The notes under the pieces are model-generated. The model saw only the letters and a list, made by a program, of their open reading frames with translations, ran no database searches and was not told the origin of the DNA. Of a DNA stretch of 64,000 nt, positions 11,260 through 24,075 are shown piece by piece; position 1 is the first letter of the stretch, and every line of letters begins with the position of its first letter. The DNA lies in contig NW_026782073.1 in the NCBI RefSeq assembly GCF_031769215.1, positions 124,001-188,000 of the forward strand. Reading direction: 5' to 3'. Source of the stretch: Ylistrum balloti. Lineage: Eukaryota. Position numbers and translations under genes: made by a program.

Positions 11260-13463
11260 CAATGATTTAATTGGTGCTACGTGAAAATACGCTCGATACA
11301 TCGAAAATTGGCTAAATCGATATGGTCAAATATTACTACGAATTTTATTATGTATAAACTGTATCAGTATGTTGTAAATTGCACCAATAAACTCTTCGAT
11401 GTTTTCAGTATTTCACTATTTTTCTAAAATGTATTCCGAAGTTTGACCAATTGAAAGCTTATAATTTGAGTGTGTATGTTTCATGTAACGCTTTTCCAGA
11501 AAGTGTCTTCGTATTCACCTTACTATGACAGTTCTTGGACGAAATAACTTTTCTATATGAGGGTACACGTGCGCATCACCATATCTAAACACTTCATAAG
11601 ACAATGCTAAATGCCGATGTAACATGATCTCTGGCTGTAGTGGTTTACTGGCAAAACAAAAATCTGATGTAGTTACTGGAAACCCTTTAGGATATTTTAA
11701 AGTTTACCTTTGTCACAGAAACTTGAGAGTTTTCATTTCTGACTTGCTTTCCTCAGTTCGGGGTTGTACTTGTATCAAAGCAGGGGTACCAAAGGGTTTC
11801 TATTCTAAGCTCCTGACATTTTGAATATAAATAAAAGATATTTTTGATGACGATAACTCTATCTTAAGATTCTCTACACTTTATGTTGAAATTGAAACTA
11901 AGCTAAATCGAGACTTACAATCGCTCATTTCTTAGTCAAAGCAATAGATAGTAAGTTTAAACTACGAGAGAAAAACAATCAGGTTCTGTGTTTTTGACAG
12001 CCGGTATATTAGGGAGAAATAATACAGACGTAACATTTAAAATAGGACAAAAATTCCCAATTTACGGTACTCACGAATGTGAATGATTGAAATCTAGATG
12101 TTAAAGGTATTGATTTAATTTTACTGCTTCTAGGAAATTAAAAAATCTACTGAGAGGACACTTGTATTTGATAATTCCCTGACTGTTGTATATCGAGCCC
12201 CGTTATAATACTAGCGGTTGTATACTGGATAATTCCAACAACTGCTGTGTAATTTTACTGCATTTCTCCCAATATATTCTCAATGATGTCAAATATGAAC
12301 AGAGTATAATTTCTTCATTTTGTCCTATTTCAAGATCATAATTATATATTCAATTATTATTCTTTCTTTTATTTTATGATTCTACATCTATATGAACAGA
12401 CCGTCAGCACTAATATGAGCTACAAATGTTTTTCCATCAAAACGAAACTTTGGTTGTTACGACAAAGGATCAACTCCATCATTAATCTTGAATTAACCTT
12501 CGTGGAGAGTGATCATTTGTCAGACCAAAGTTTGAGTTATTCTTTATTTATAACTCGAGGTTGTTATTTGATTAATGAGATAAGAAATAGATAAATATAG
12601 ATAAAAATAAGATCGATATTATATATAATATAGAAATAGCCGCGGCCCTAGAACTGAACCCTGAGCTACTCAAGTTTAAATGACCGTTTCGGACGATAAC
12701 TGATTTTCATAAAGACTTTTCTATTTCAACAAATTTTCTAATAATATTTTCCGTTTTAAAAGTAGTCATCCGAGCTGAAATCGATTAAAAAAAGTCTTAG
12801 AATGTTTATTCAATACTTTTTCTTAAACCGTAAATGATAGAAACCCGCCTGGATGTTTAGGATGTCTAAAACTGATATTATATTATCGTATATCAGTTAA
12901 TAGGTAGTGAAAGTGACTGTTCTGTGTCTCGACAACTAGTGCGAAAGGTTTTGACTATCTATCTGCTGGGTATTTAAGTCTCTGCCGATATCGACGCAGA
13001 CGAATATTATTATTACACTGGACTGGTCTGTAGTTTCTGAAAGTTCAAAATCACCGTTTTATTAAGAAACATATACAAAATTATCAAGTTAAAGAAAACT
13101 GTAGGTAAAATAGAATAAACCTATGCAACGTATACTTATAATATGACGGAAGGCATGGCATTGGTAAGAAATCCAACCTAACTTCATCGATATTTCTGTT
13201 CAACGAACAGTATTAGACAACAATGGCCTATACAACTTACATGTTTCAATTCATTGAGGATAGTCAGAAGAAATTGAAAAACGATATATATTGTTATATT
13301 TATTTAAACCCGGTACAATTCAGGCAATACAGATAGTATCAACATGTGACAGATAACGTACATACAATATAATTAAATGCATTTTTCTAAACAATCTTTT
13401 CATGACTTTTACCGTCTTATCAAAAAACACGTTCAAGCTTGAGACGCCGGTGAAGACAAACGT

Positions 13464-16400
13464 TTAAACGACCACTATCTCTGGGTCATTGTCATGTTTG
13501 GATATTGGCGAGTTTAAATCTGTTGGACAGTCATTTGGCATCACAAACCCGCTGCCCGTAGTATTAGGATGACGTGACTTGATATGTCTTTCTAGATCTC
13601 GCCTACGAACGAGAACCTTTCCACAATAGTCACAGCGGTAAGGCGTCTCACCTTGTGCATGAAGACGAATGTGTTTATTCAAATTACTTGGGTCACCAAA
13701 GGGTCGCAAGCAAACTTTACATTTTAATGGTTTGTAGCCTGTGTGAGTCCTTAGGTGAATTTTAAGACCGTATTTTCTGGAATAAAGTTTCCCACAGTAT
13801 ATGCAATAGTGTCCTTTCTTTGACCTATTTGCAAAAAAGGACTTAGGAAGCAAGTCCAGCGGTTCTCCATCCTCTTCAGAAGGCATTGCAACTGGAACTG
13901 GAAGTTTGGCGGGCGTTTGGTTGCCTCGATATTTGTTTTGTCTATTATTTAACTGTTGAACGCGGGCATTGGTTTGCCCAGCTGACCAGATAGTGTTATT
14001 CTGATTGTGATGATGAGACAAAACGGCAGCATAGGGGGTCCATGTGTCACAACATCTGTACGGCGGTGACGTCATAGTTCCCGTTGCAAAAGGAAACACC
14101 TGGGGTTGTATGTGGTTAAAGATTTGTATTGGCTGGAGAAACGGATTCTCGTGGAACGGTGTCCTCAATTTTCCATGAGAGTCCTTCAGGGACAGATTGA
14201 CCGGACGAACATCTTCATGAGAAAAGACACGCTTGGATTGCTGATGGACAAACGCGCTCGTTCTGTTTGGTGACGTTACGTGCTGGAACGGCCTGGTGAC
14301 GCAGTGGCTGTGAGGGTGTTGACGATGCATGTGACTGGGTCCGGGGATAGCTGTCTTGTTGCTGCTAGGGCAACTGCACTGCAGATAGGGTCTGAACAGA
14401 ACATCCCTGTCCGGCATACTGGACGTTTTAGTAGAAGTAGCAACTACCTTGTTACAGTGGGCACGCAGGTGTAGCTTTAGTGGGTTGGGATGTTTGTACG
14501 TTTGTCCACACCTGTCACACTCGTACTGCTGGTTACCTAGATAATGAAATTAAAATATCTTCATCATCCTCATCCTAAAAATCCTCATTATTAATATTTC
14601 TAAGTCGCTATTTAACGACCAGAAAGAAATATATCAGTTAGTATAAATCAACGAGCCATATCATAATTGTAGTATTTGTTAAAAACATCTTTTATTGTAA
14701 AAATCTCTTAAACATGTACAAATATTCCATTGATTACAGTAATTTTTTAATTCAACCTAAAAGGACAATTTTATCATTTTAAGGATATCTTTATTGCAAT
14801 TTCATAGAAAATATTTAAAATGTAACATATATCTCACAATGTAGAAAATGTATTAAAATGTCAGAATATATTTGAATGTAACAGGATGTAAGATTATCTT
14901 ACAATTTAAATGGAAAAGGATGCTATAAGTTGTCAGAACTTACACGTCCTATAATAGGAATAAAACTAAACCTATTTTCCGTAACTTGATGTCGAGATCA
15001 GCATTATAATCTGTAATAATTACTAATATTTCAGGCCAATACTTAATTAAACACAACATTTTTACAACTTCATGTCCAAGTTGTTCAACAAAGAACTTTA
15101 ATTAACTTTTATCGTATTGGAAACTTTGTGTATATTGCTTTGTATTTTGGAAAATGATGTTCAATTCTTAAGAACCTATGCTTTCTGGGTCTGAAAATGC
15201 TAGCGTGGCGTACTAGTGTAGGAGTTTTGCAGGTTATTAAACAAGTCGTGTACAATATCATATTTATTTTATCAGTATCATTTTAGGATCATTTTTATAA
15301 ATAAACAGATATAGAATATCTGCGTACTGTAAGGTGTAAAACTTTTCATTCGCTAAAGAATATAACTCACCAAGTATATTATGTAGCCCCAGGAATGGGA
15401 TGTCCAGATCTCGAGATAACTGGTCGCTGTACCACGCCAGAAGCTGTTCCCCTCGCTCCACCTTCTTTAAAGTTCGCAATAAAATCTCTCCATTTTCATG
15501 ACGGTAAAATTCACAATTCTGCTCGTGTCGGTCTCGTGCCGGCTGTACGTAAATGAGCCACTGATTGGATGATTCGATCTTTTGGAGTAGCTGATTGGTG
15601 GATTCGATCTCGAGACAGATCGTGCCATTCTTGTACCTCACCTGCGTGGCGATGAAAAAGTTACACATACTAATTAATCATACAAACACTTTTAAATCAA
15701 ATTAAATTGAAATAGCTTCCTAGAGTAAATATTTGTAAGATTCTTCCTTCTGAAAGTTGATCTATCATATAACAAATCACTCAAAGGACTATCAGTAACT
15801 GGGCGACAGTCTTTGTGTTTGACATCACTTGAAATCATTTGTATTCAGGAGATTTACAGAATTGTCTTTTTTATCAATCTATTGTCCGACTATTGACCGG
15901 AGACTTCTACTAAAGCGGCACTGTTTGACCAGTCCTACCGGGCGGACCAGTGGCCGTAACACGAGACAGAAAGTAGCCAGTTCTGCGCTGCCGGTGGGCT
16001 GAAGTATTTGGGTTTGGGCTTAGCACCACACGCACGAGGCCCTGTGTCCCTTGATCCCGGACGGATCATAGGTAACCAGAAACCGTCTGTATCAAACGAC
16101 CTCTCGACAATGTAACCGATGGAGGGTTGACATTTGTACAAAGAAGAGGATACCTGCCATAAAGTTACAAGTACATGCACACGGTGTCACCAACGTCCTC
16201 ATTATGATTCAATCTTTCTTTTTAACTGTCTCCGTATACTTGTCCCTTAGACTGAGGTATGATACAATTAATCGATGAGACAATGTAAATCATTTAGATA
16301 ATTATTACTTTTGGTGTCTACTAATTTGTTCAATGAATACCGAACGATAATGTACACTATTGTTTGTTTAAATTCACTACTAGATGTGATCGTTTACCTC

Positions 16401-19400
16401 GATATATCTAAGTCAGTGATGTTACAAAGTTGAATTAACACAATCTGTAACGAAACGTCTAATTGTGTAATGAAACGATTTCCTTGTCAATGTCTGCCTT
16501 CAGTGTCACGTGTAGCTTATTATATGTACTGTGAGCTAACCATCACGAGAGGAAATAATTAAATATCTAGATTATATTATTTACATTACATCATTTACAG
16601 TACATTACGTTATTTATAAATTTCAAAGTTTTAAACGCTGTATTTAAGTTAGGGAAATGAAATTGAGTATATAATATAATGAAAATTTTAACTCTTGAGA
16701 GTTATTCATTTGCTGTGTTCGAAAATTTATTTTTATATCTTGATGTCTTGGTTGTTTTGTAGTAGAAAAATCGTGCTTGATTTTTTATTGTATTTTATTT
16801 GTAAAATTTGTTATTTGTTCCTTATTAGGAAAGATTTAATTTTGTTGTTTAATATCCAAAATCACGTTAGTAACATTGAAACTGTTGTAATGGAAATTCA
16901 TTATTATTACATGTATTATTATTATTATTTTAATCAGTTTCCTGAGCAATCTGACGTCATCGTCAAATTTCAAATACAAGTAACATGTCATTTTAAATAC
17001 AAAAGATCAGTTTTACAGTACAAATCGTTCACTTTATAACGTACTCATAAGACAAAATAATAATAAAATTACACATCATTTTACATGAAGTGTTTTACTT
17101 AATAAATCATTAAATCTATAACATAAACCACAGGACATCGAAACCTGACAATTACTGACACGCTTTAACTGGAACCACCAAAATAATTTATTATCAAAAG
17201 TTAGAGACACTTGAGACACTTGAGACCGTACGGTGATCTAACGTTAACCGTACAATAAACTTCACTTTCAATAACAACGACAGATTACAAACTGACAACC
17301 ACTCTTTACCACGTAATAAATGAATCCGTGAGCGTCCGCGGTATTGTGGGACGAGACCGGTGTGTAGATGTGTAGAATTAAAACAAAATATTGTTCCAGG
17401 CGCGTGACATGTGGTATCTAGGCAATGTTCTGTACCGGCACGCGCCAACGGAAGGCGGAGACCACTTGATCCCGACCAATCATCGTCCAGCACACGACCA
17501 GAAATGTACATTTCATCGTTGGATGGCTCTTGACTGTCCACTTTTAGGTCATGCTATTGACAGCTCCGGCTTTCGATTTTGTCAGAAATGCCATTCTCCA
17601 ATCAAGCAAGGGTAATTTGTGCTCCAGTGTTTTTATAACAAGTAAACTACCATGTAAATGTCGGGTACAAGAGGAGGAGATCCCGGTAATTACCAGTTTA
17701 AGGTTTTATTCCCCCAAATAGCGTGCGTATTGATGACACTACCGCAACCTTGTGACAAGGAAAAGGCGAACGTTCCTGACAAGTGCCTGAAGCTATAGAG
17801 GACTATTGTATGTTGGTAAACCCTGTGGGCCAACCCCTTTGTCTATAATTTCAACAAATGGATGCTGTTCATGTAGTAAACTCTGTAATAAACCCCAGTG
17901 TTACTGTACGACAGGGTTGTCACTTAGACCTCTGTAATAAACCCCACTGTTACTGTACGACAGGGTTGTCACTTAGACCTCTGTAATAAACCCCAGTGTT
18001 ACTGTACGACAGGGTTGTCACTTAACCCCGGTGTTACTGTACGACAGGGTTGTCACTTAGACCTCTGTAATAAACCCCACTGTTACTGTACGACAGGGCT
18101 GTCACTTAGACCTCTGTAATAAACACCACTGTTACTGTACGACAGGGTTGTCACTTAGACCTCTGTAATAAACACCACTGTTACTGTACGACAGGGTTGT
18201 CACTTAACCCCAGTGTTACTGTACGACAGGGTTGTCACTTAGCACTCTGTAATAAACCCCAGTGTTACTGTACGACAGGGTTGTCACTTAGCACTCTGTA
18301 ATAAACCCCAGTGTTACTGTACGACAGGGTTGTCACTTAGACCTCTGTAATAAACCCCACTGTTACTGTACGACAGGGTTGTCACTTAGGCCTCTGTAAT
18401 AAACCCCAGTGTTACTGTACGACAGGGTTGTCACTTAACCCCAGTGTTACTGTACGACAGGGTTGTCACTTAACCCCAGTGTTACTGTACGACAGGGTTG
18501 TCACTTAGACCTCTGTAATAAACCCCAGTGTTACTGTACGACAGGGTTGTCACTTAACCCCAGTGTTACTGTACGACAGGGTTGTCACTTAGAACTCTGT
18601 AATAAACACCAGTGTTACAGTACGACAGGGTTGTCACTTAACCCCACTGTTACTGTACGACAGGGTTGTCACTTAACCCCAGTGTTACTGTACGACAGGG
18701 TTGTCACTTAGACCTCTGTAATAAACCCCAGTGTTACTGTACGACAGGGTTGTCACTTAACCCCAGTGTTACTGTACGACAGGGTTGTCACTTAGACCTC
18801 TGTAATAAACCCCAGTGTTACTGTACGACAGGGTTGTCACTTAGACCTCTGTAATAAACCCCAGTGTTACTGCACGACAGGGTTGTCACTTAACCCCAGT
18901 GTTACTGTATGACAGGGTTGTCACTTAGACCTTTGTAATAAACCCCAGTGTTACTGTACGACAGGGTTGTCACTTAGACCTCTGTAATAAACCCCACTGT
19001 TACAGTACGACAGGGTTGTCACTTAGACCTCTGTAATAAACCCCAGTGTTACTGTACGACAGGGTTGTCACTTAACCCCAGTGTTACTGTACGACAGGGT
19101 TGTCACTTAGACCTCTGTAATAAACCCCACTGTTACAGTACGACAGGGTTGTCACTTAGACCTCTGTAATAAACCCCACTGTTACAGTACGACAGGGTTG
19201 TCACTTAGACCTCTGTAATAAACCCCAGTGTTACTGTACGACAGGGTTGTCACTTAGACCTCTGTAATAAACCCCAATGTTACCGTACGACAGGGTTGTC
19301 ACTTAGACCTCTGTAATAAACCCCAGTGTTACTGTACGACAGGGTTGTCACTTAGACCTCTGTAATAAACCCCAGTGTTACTGTACGACAGGGTTGTCAC

Positions 19401-21330
19401 TTAGACCTCTGTAATAAACCCCACTGTTACTGTACGACAGGGTTGTCACTTAGACCTCTGTAATAAACCCCACTGTTACTGTACGACAGGGTTGTCACTT
19501 AGACCTCTGTAATAAACCCCAGTGTTACTGTACGACAGGGTTGTCACTTAGACCTCTGTAATAAACCCCACTGTTACTGTACGACAGGGTTGTCACTTAG
19601 ACCTCTGTAATAAACCCCACTGTTACTGTACGACAGGGTTGTCACTTAGACCTCTGTAATAAACCCCACTGTTACTGTACGACAGGGTTGTCACTTAACC
19701 CCAGTGTTACTGTACAACAGGGTTGTCACTTAGACCTCTGTAATAAACCCCACTGTTACTGTACGACAGGGTTGTCACTTAGACCTCTGTAATAAACCCC
19801 AGTGTTACTGTACGACAGGGCTGTCACTTAGACCTCTGTAATAAACACCAGTGTTACTGTACAACAGGGTTGTCACTTAGCACTCTGTAATAAACACCAG
19901 TGTTACTGTACAACAGGGTTGTCACTTAGCACTCTGTAATAAACCCCAGTGTTACTGTACGACAGGGTTGTCACTTAGCACTCTGTAATAAACCCCAGTG
20001 TTACTGTACGACAGGGTTGTCACTTAGACCTCTGTAATAAACCCCAGTGTTACTGTACGACAGGGTTGTCACTTAGACCTCTGTAATAAACCCCAGTCTT
20101 ACTGTACGACAGGGTTGTCACTTAGCACTCTGTAATAAACCCCACTGTTACTGTACGACAGGGTTGTCACTTAGACCTCTGTAATAAACCCCAGTGTTAC
20201 TGTACGACAGGGTTGTCACTTAGACCTCTGTAATAAACCCCAGTCTTACTGTACGACAGGGTTGTCACTTAGCACTCTGTAATAAACCCCACTGTTACTG
20301 TACGACAGGGTTGTCACTTAGACCTCTGTAATAAACCCCAGTGTTACTGTACGACAGGGTTGTCACTTAGGCCTCTGTAATAAACCCCACTGTTACTGTA
20401 GTTGCCTTTTTGGTTCTCCTTATTGACATTTCTGTTTCTCTATGGCGGGGTTGCTTTTTAGTTCCGCTTTGATTAACACTACGTGTACTTTTAATTAACG
20501 ACATGGTTGTCACTCAAACCTCCGGTAATTATCACCACTGTTAAACCCAGCGGACCGTTTAATAGAACACACTGCTTTGTCACCATCCGTTTTTGCTGCA
20601 GCCGTTCACCGACATACTAGTATCATATACTTTAAATGACAAGATCATCTTACTTGTTTACGACTAAACGATAAATACAAATGCTGATAACATACAAAAT
20701 TTATATAAAATTCTATAAAACTTGCGAAAAAATGTGAAAATTTGAAATTGAAACGAGATAAATTAATAATTCATACATATAATTCCGCAAAAATGTGTTC
20801 TGACGTAACTTCACATCAATAACAATAAAGATTGACTAACGTCATTTTGTATATAACATTTCATAATTCTTTTTTTGTTTGCTTGGTTGCATGGTTTATT
20901 ATTTTTCATATAAATTATCTTGGGCTATGTCCTCTTGAATATTTAGGCATTTAAAAAATATCCATGATCTTTACCAATGTGAAATGTATTAGATTTTTTA
21001 ATTATTTATAAATAAAATTTTTAAAATTTTATAAAATATTTTATAAATATTTACGATCGAATATTAAATTTACTGGCATGTACACATACATGATATCTTA
21101 TTTATGAACAGTTGAATACGGAATTGTTGAAGGTATTTATTGATATTATAATTATCATTTTCAAATATTCTGAACCTAATTGAGGGCTAGCTACCTAATT
21201 CTTGTTGTGCATTTAAATATTGAAATATGCAGAAATAATTTCATTTTGATAAATTGTAGAAGCAATATATGTTAGGAACAGATATAGTTATATCAAAATT
21301 GATTATGCGTGTGTTTGCCGATATTACTAT

Positions 21331-21376
<46 letters not shown>

Positions 21377-22318
21377 GTAATTTGTTCCCCCATCCTTTCT
21401 CCCCTTACAAAAACATTTGATATATACTTTATTTCATTCTTATACATCACCATTAGAATTGGATGCGGAAACAAGTTCTCCAACTTATATTAATCCGTCT
21501 CCGTTTATAAACAGAAGCCATAAATCTGACAAGCTGGATGTATTTGTTATTTATGTGTATTTGTGAACAAATAAAGTCTACTAAAATTGTCTTGTTTTTT
21601 ATTCAGCGTGTTGATTTAATCAGATGCTGTTAACACAAAGTCCCAGCGTCAAAGATGCCGATGCGAAGTGACTATGTTACCGAAACATAATTACCAATAG
21701 ACATACGGGTCAGTAGCTTAAAATAAAATCGTTATTCGTCTAAGATAATACCCTGTCACTTTATCTTTAAATTTCATTGATGCTAAAGAGTTAACGATAA
21801 TCTTAAGTCATTCGCTACAATGGTATTTGATTGTATATTACTAAAACATTTCCGTAACGATTGAAAAAAAGTGTAGATAATATGGATCGTCGCCTATTTT
21901 ATTTTTCGTAACGAAAATCACAGAACCTACTGAAGTTTATGTTATTTTTATTTTTTTTTTTTGTGTGTTTTGTTATTTTGTTTTTTGTTTTTGTTTTTTA
22001 ATTTTACGCTGTTGCGGCATAAAACTCTTCGTACTTAAGATACTTTGGTGGAATATGTATAAATAAATTACGGTTATCTTCCGTTCAAATTGAATATGGT
22101 TAATGAAAATAATATATACGTACCTCCAACAAAAACTCCACCTTGGAATCATCGTCAATATTTCTGATGAAATTAAGATTGAAGTCCCCAGGGTATGGAC
22201 CAGCGATAACCTGCACTGGAATATCAGTGACTGCGGATACACCTGTATTGCAGTCCCCTGGGTTACTCCGTCTTATTTCCCCACCCCCGGAGGGTCTCCC
22301 ATCATTCAATTCGGTCAT
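13464..22318 (-). CDS. PRDM13: PR/SET-domain zinc-finger protein 13, 512 aa; complement(join(13464..14536,15371..15641,22124..22318))
   Basis: C-terminal fingers HYCIYCGKLYSRKYGLKIHLRTHTGYKPLKCKVCLRPFGDPSNLNKHIRLH…CGKVLVRRRDLERHIKSRHP are the diagnostic PRDM13 triplet. Isolated first finger YECDRCGQTYKHPNPLKLHLRAHC. The PR domain is split across exon 1 (GVSAVTDIPVQVIAGPYPGDF; donor GAG|GTACGT, phase 0) and exon 2 (WLIYVQPARDRHEQN…GEQLLAWYS; donor G|GTGAGT, phase 1). Total 1539 nt in frame. Confidence 0.93.
17880..20400. repeat. Minisatellite, 49-bp unit (agacctctgtaataaaccccagtgttactgtacgacagggttgtcactt) interspersed with a 35-bp deletion variant, roughly 50-55 units, in PRDM13 intron 1
   Basis: Directly visible period 49 (17881, 17930…). 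The short unit lacks agacctctgtaata. A degenerate extra unit lies at ~20497-20545. Confidence 0.97.
21333..21376. repeat. (ATT)n microsatellite
   Basis: About 14 consecutive att/tta triplets; source of the spurious poly-Tyr ORF. Confidence 0.95.
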
Positions 22319-23704
22319 ATCCGGGTTACCAAATTGACTGATGTGTACCGGTGCAATTTTTAATGTGAAAATGAAATGCTATGACAGTTGAGCGAGCTTT
22401 TATTCGTGCAGGTCTGTGAACACTTCGATGTGAAACAGCTGTTTAACCGCTCGTACGCCGTCTTGACAATAGATGCGTTTCCATGGCGATATAAACTTTC
22501 TCCATTTCGCGGTATTTGGTTTGTGATACACTGCTGAGCCGACGCATGCGCCGATGATTGGTATCAGGATATCGTCGTTTCATCCTGCTGTTAAATGCAA
22601 TTCATATAGTTTTGTAATAAATTGTGGAGAAGTGCCACATTGTTCAATGTGTCACAACTAAACTAGATCGTATCACTTCTCCTAAAGCTTAATGTCAAAT
22701 TTTCTCTGTAACGTTGGTTTGATACTTCGAAAATCATTAATCACAAATGAAAACAAACTATCTATTTTCCAATTGTTAAAACTTCATCATAGTTGATGCA
22801 ACAAAGTCAATAGTATTATGTAATTATTCATAATAATTATATAATGCTAATTTATAACTAGGAATAAGTAATAAGTGATAATTATATGAAATTCTGTTGT
22901 ATTAAGTATTTGGATCAATATTTAATAAAATAAAAAAATAAATGCATGTCGTTGGATTGGCCTGCAGGTCATTGAAACTATCGTGTCCAGATTAAGTTAA
23001 CAACTATCCAATATTAATTAAATGTTAACAAGTGGTAAACGGTACATAGTCCAAATACTAATTAGAAAGTAATTAGTTGTACTGTTTCACGTACATTATA
23101 ATGACTTTTGACTACTGTATTATGAAAGTTAGACAGATTTGTTCCAACTTGTCTCTCGACGGGCTGCGTTACATTGATTCATTAAAAAATCGTTATCTAG
23201 ATATATTTCAGCTATAACAAAAAATGTAGGAATTTAAAGATTTCACCATGATGATGATTTTATGAAATCACGTAGATATTAGAAATATGATGTCGTGTTC
23301 ACTTAAACATAAAACAGATAACAGCACGACGTAAGGCATTATAGAGCTGATAAGATATGCAACAAATAAATGTTCTGTCATTATAAACTTAAATTAGATA
23401 TAATTGATTTGTAACGAACCCACGTGACCATCAATATCTTGTATTGCTTACAAAGTTTTTTTTGATAAAAAGTTTCTATCTGTTGCAAAATGTGAAATTA
23501 AAAGTGCCTCGCACGTTAATACATGTAAGTATGCTTTGATTTCCCAGTGTACTGTCTAGTCTATACTTTTTAACTGTTTTTTTTATTGGTGCAAGTGTAC
23601 TAGTTCTGATGTTGTCACTTTGTAATGTATCTTCAATTATCTTATTCAAATCTACATTGATTGCCAGTAATGACGGCTTAATTTATAAGAAAGAAAATTG
23701 TGTA

Positions 23705-24075
23705 AAGGGACAACCCTGTCGGACAGTGATAGTGGAATTAATTGGTTTAAGGGACAACCCTGTCGGACAGTGATAGTGGAATTAATTAAGGGGGTTTAAG
23801 GGACAACCCTGTTGGACAGTGATAGTGGAATTAATTAAGGGTGTTTAAGGGACATCCCTGTCGGACAGTGATAGTGGCATTAATTAAGGGGGTTTAAGGG
23901 ACAACCCTGTCGGACAGTGATAGTGGAATTAATTAAGGTGGTTTAAGGGACAACCCTGTCGGACAGGGATAGTGGAATTAATTAAGGGGGTTTAAGGGAC
24001 ATCCCTGTCGGACAGTGATAGTGGAATTAATTACGGGGGTATACGTGACAATCTTGTCATACAGTGACGGTGGAA
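23705..24075. repeat. 49-bp minisatellite (aagggacaaccctgtcggacagtgatagtggaattaattaagggggttt), ~7 copies; reverse-strand relative of the 17.9-20.4 kb array
   Basis: Period 49 (23749, 23798…). The reverse complement aligns without gaps to the intron-1 unit at 37/49 positions by hand. Confidence 0.92.

Noticed and set aside
17194-17541. This ORF as the main first exon of PRDM13
   Set aside because: The exon at 22124-22318 carries the PR N-terminal motif (DIP…GPYPGDF) and has the required phase-0 donor; kept only as an alternative-exon candidate.
17880-20400. CRISPR-like appearance and repeat ORFs at 18463-18854
   Set aside because: Units are head-to-tail with no unique spacers, there are no cas genes, and the context is eukaryotic: a minisatellite.
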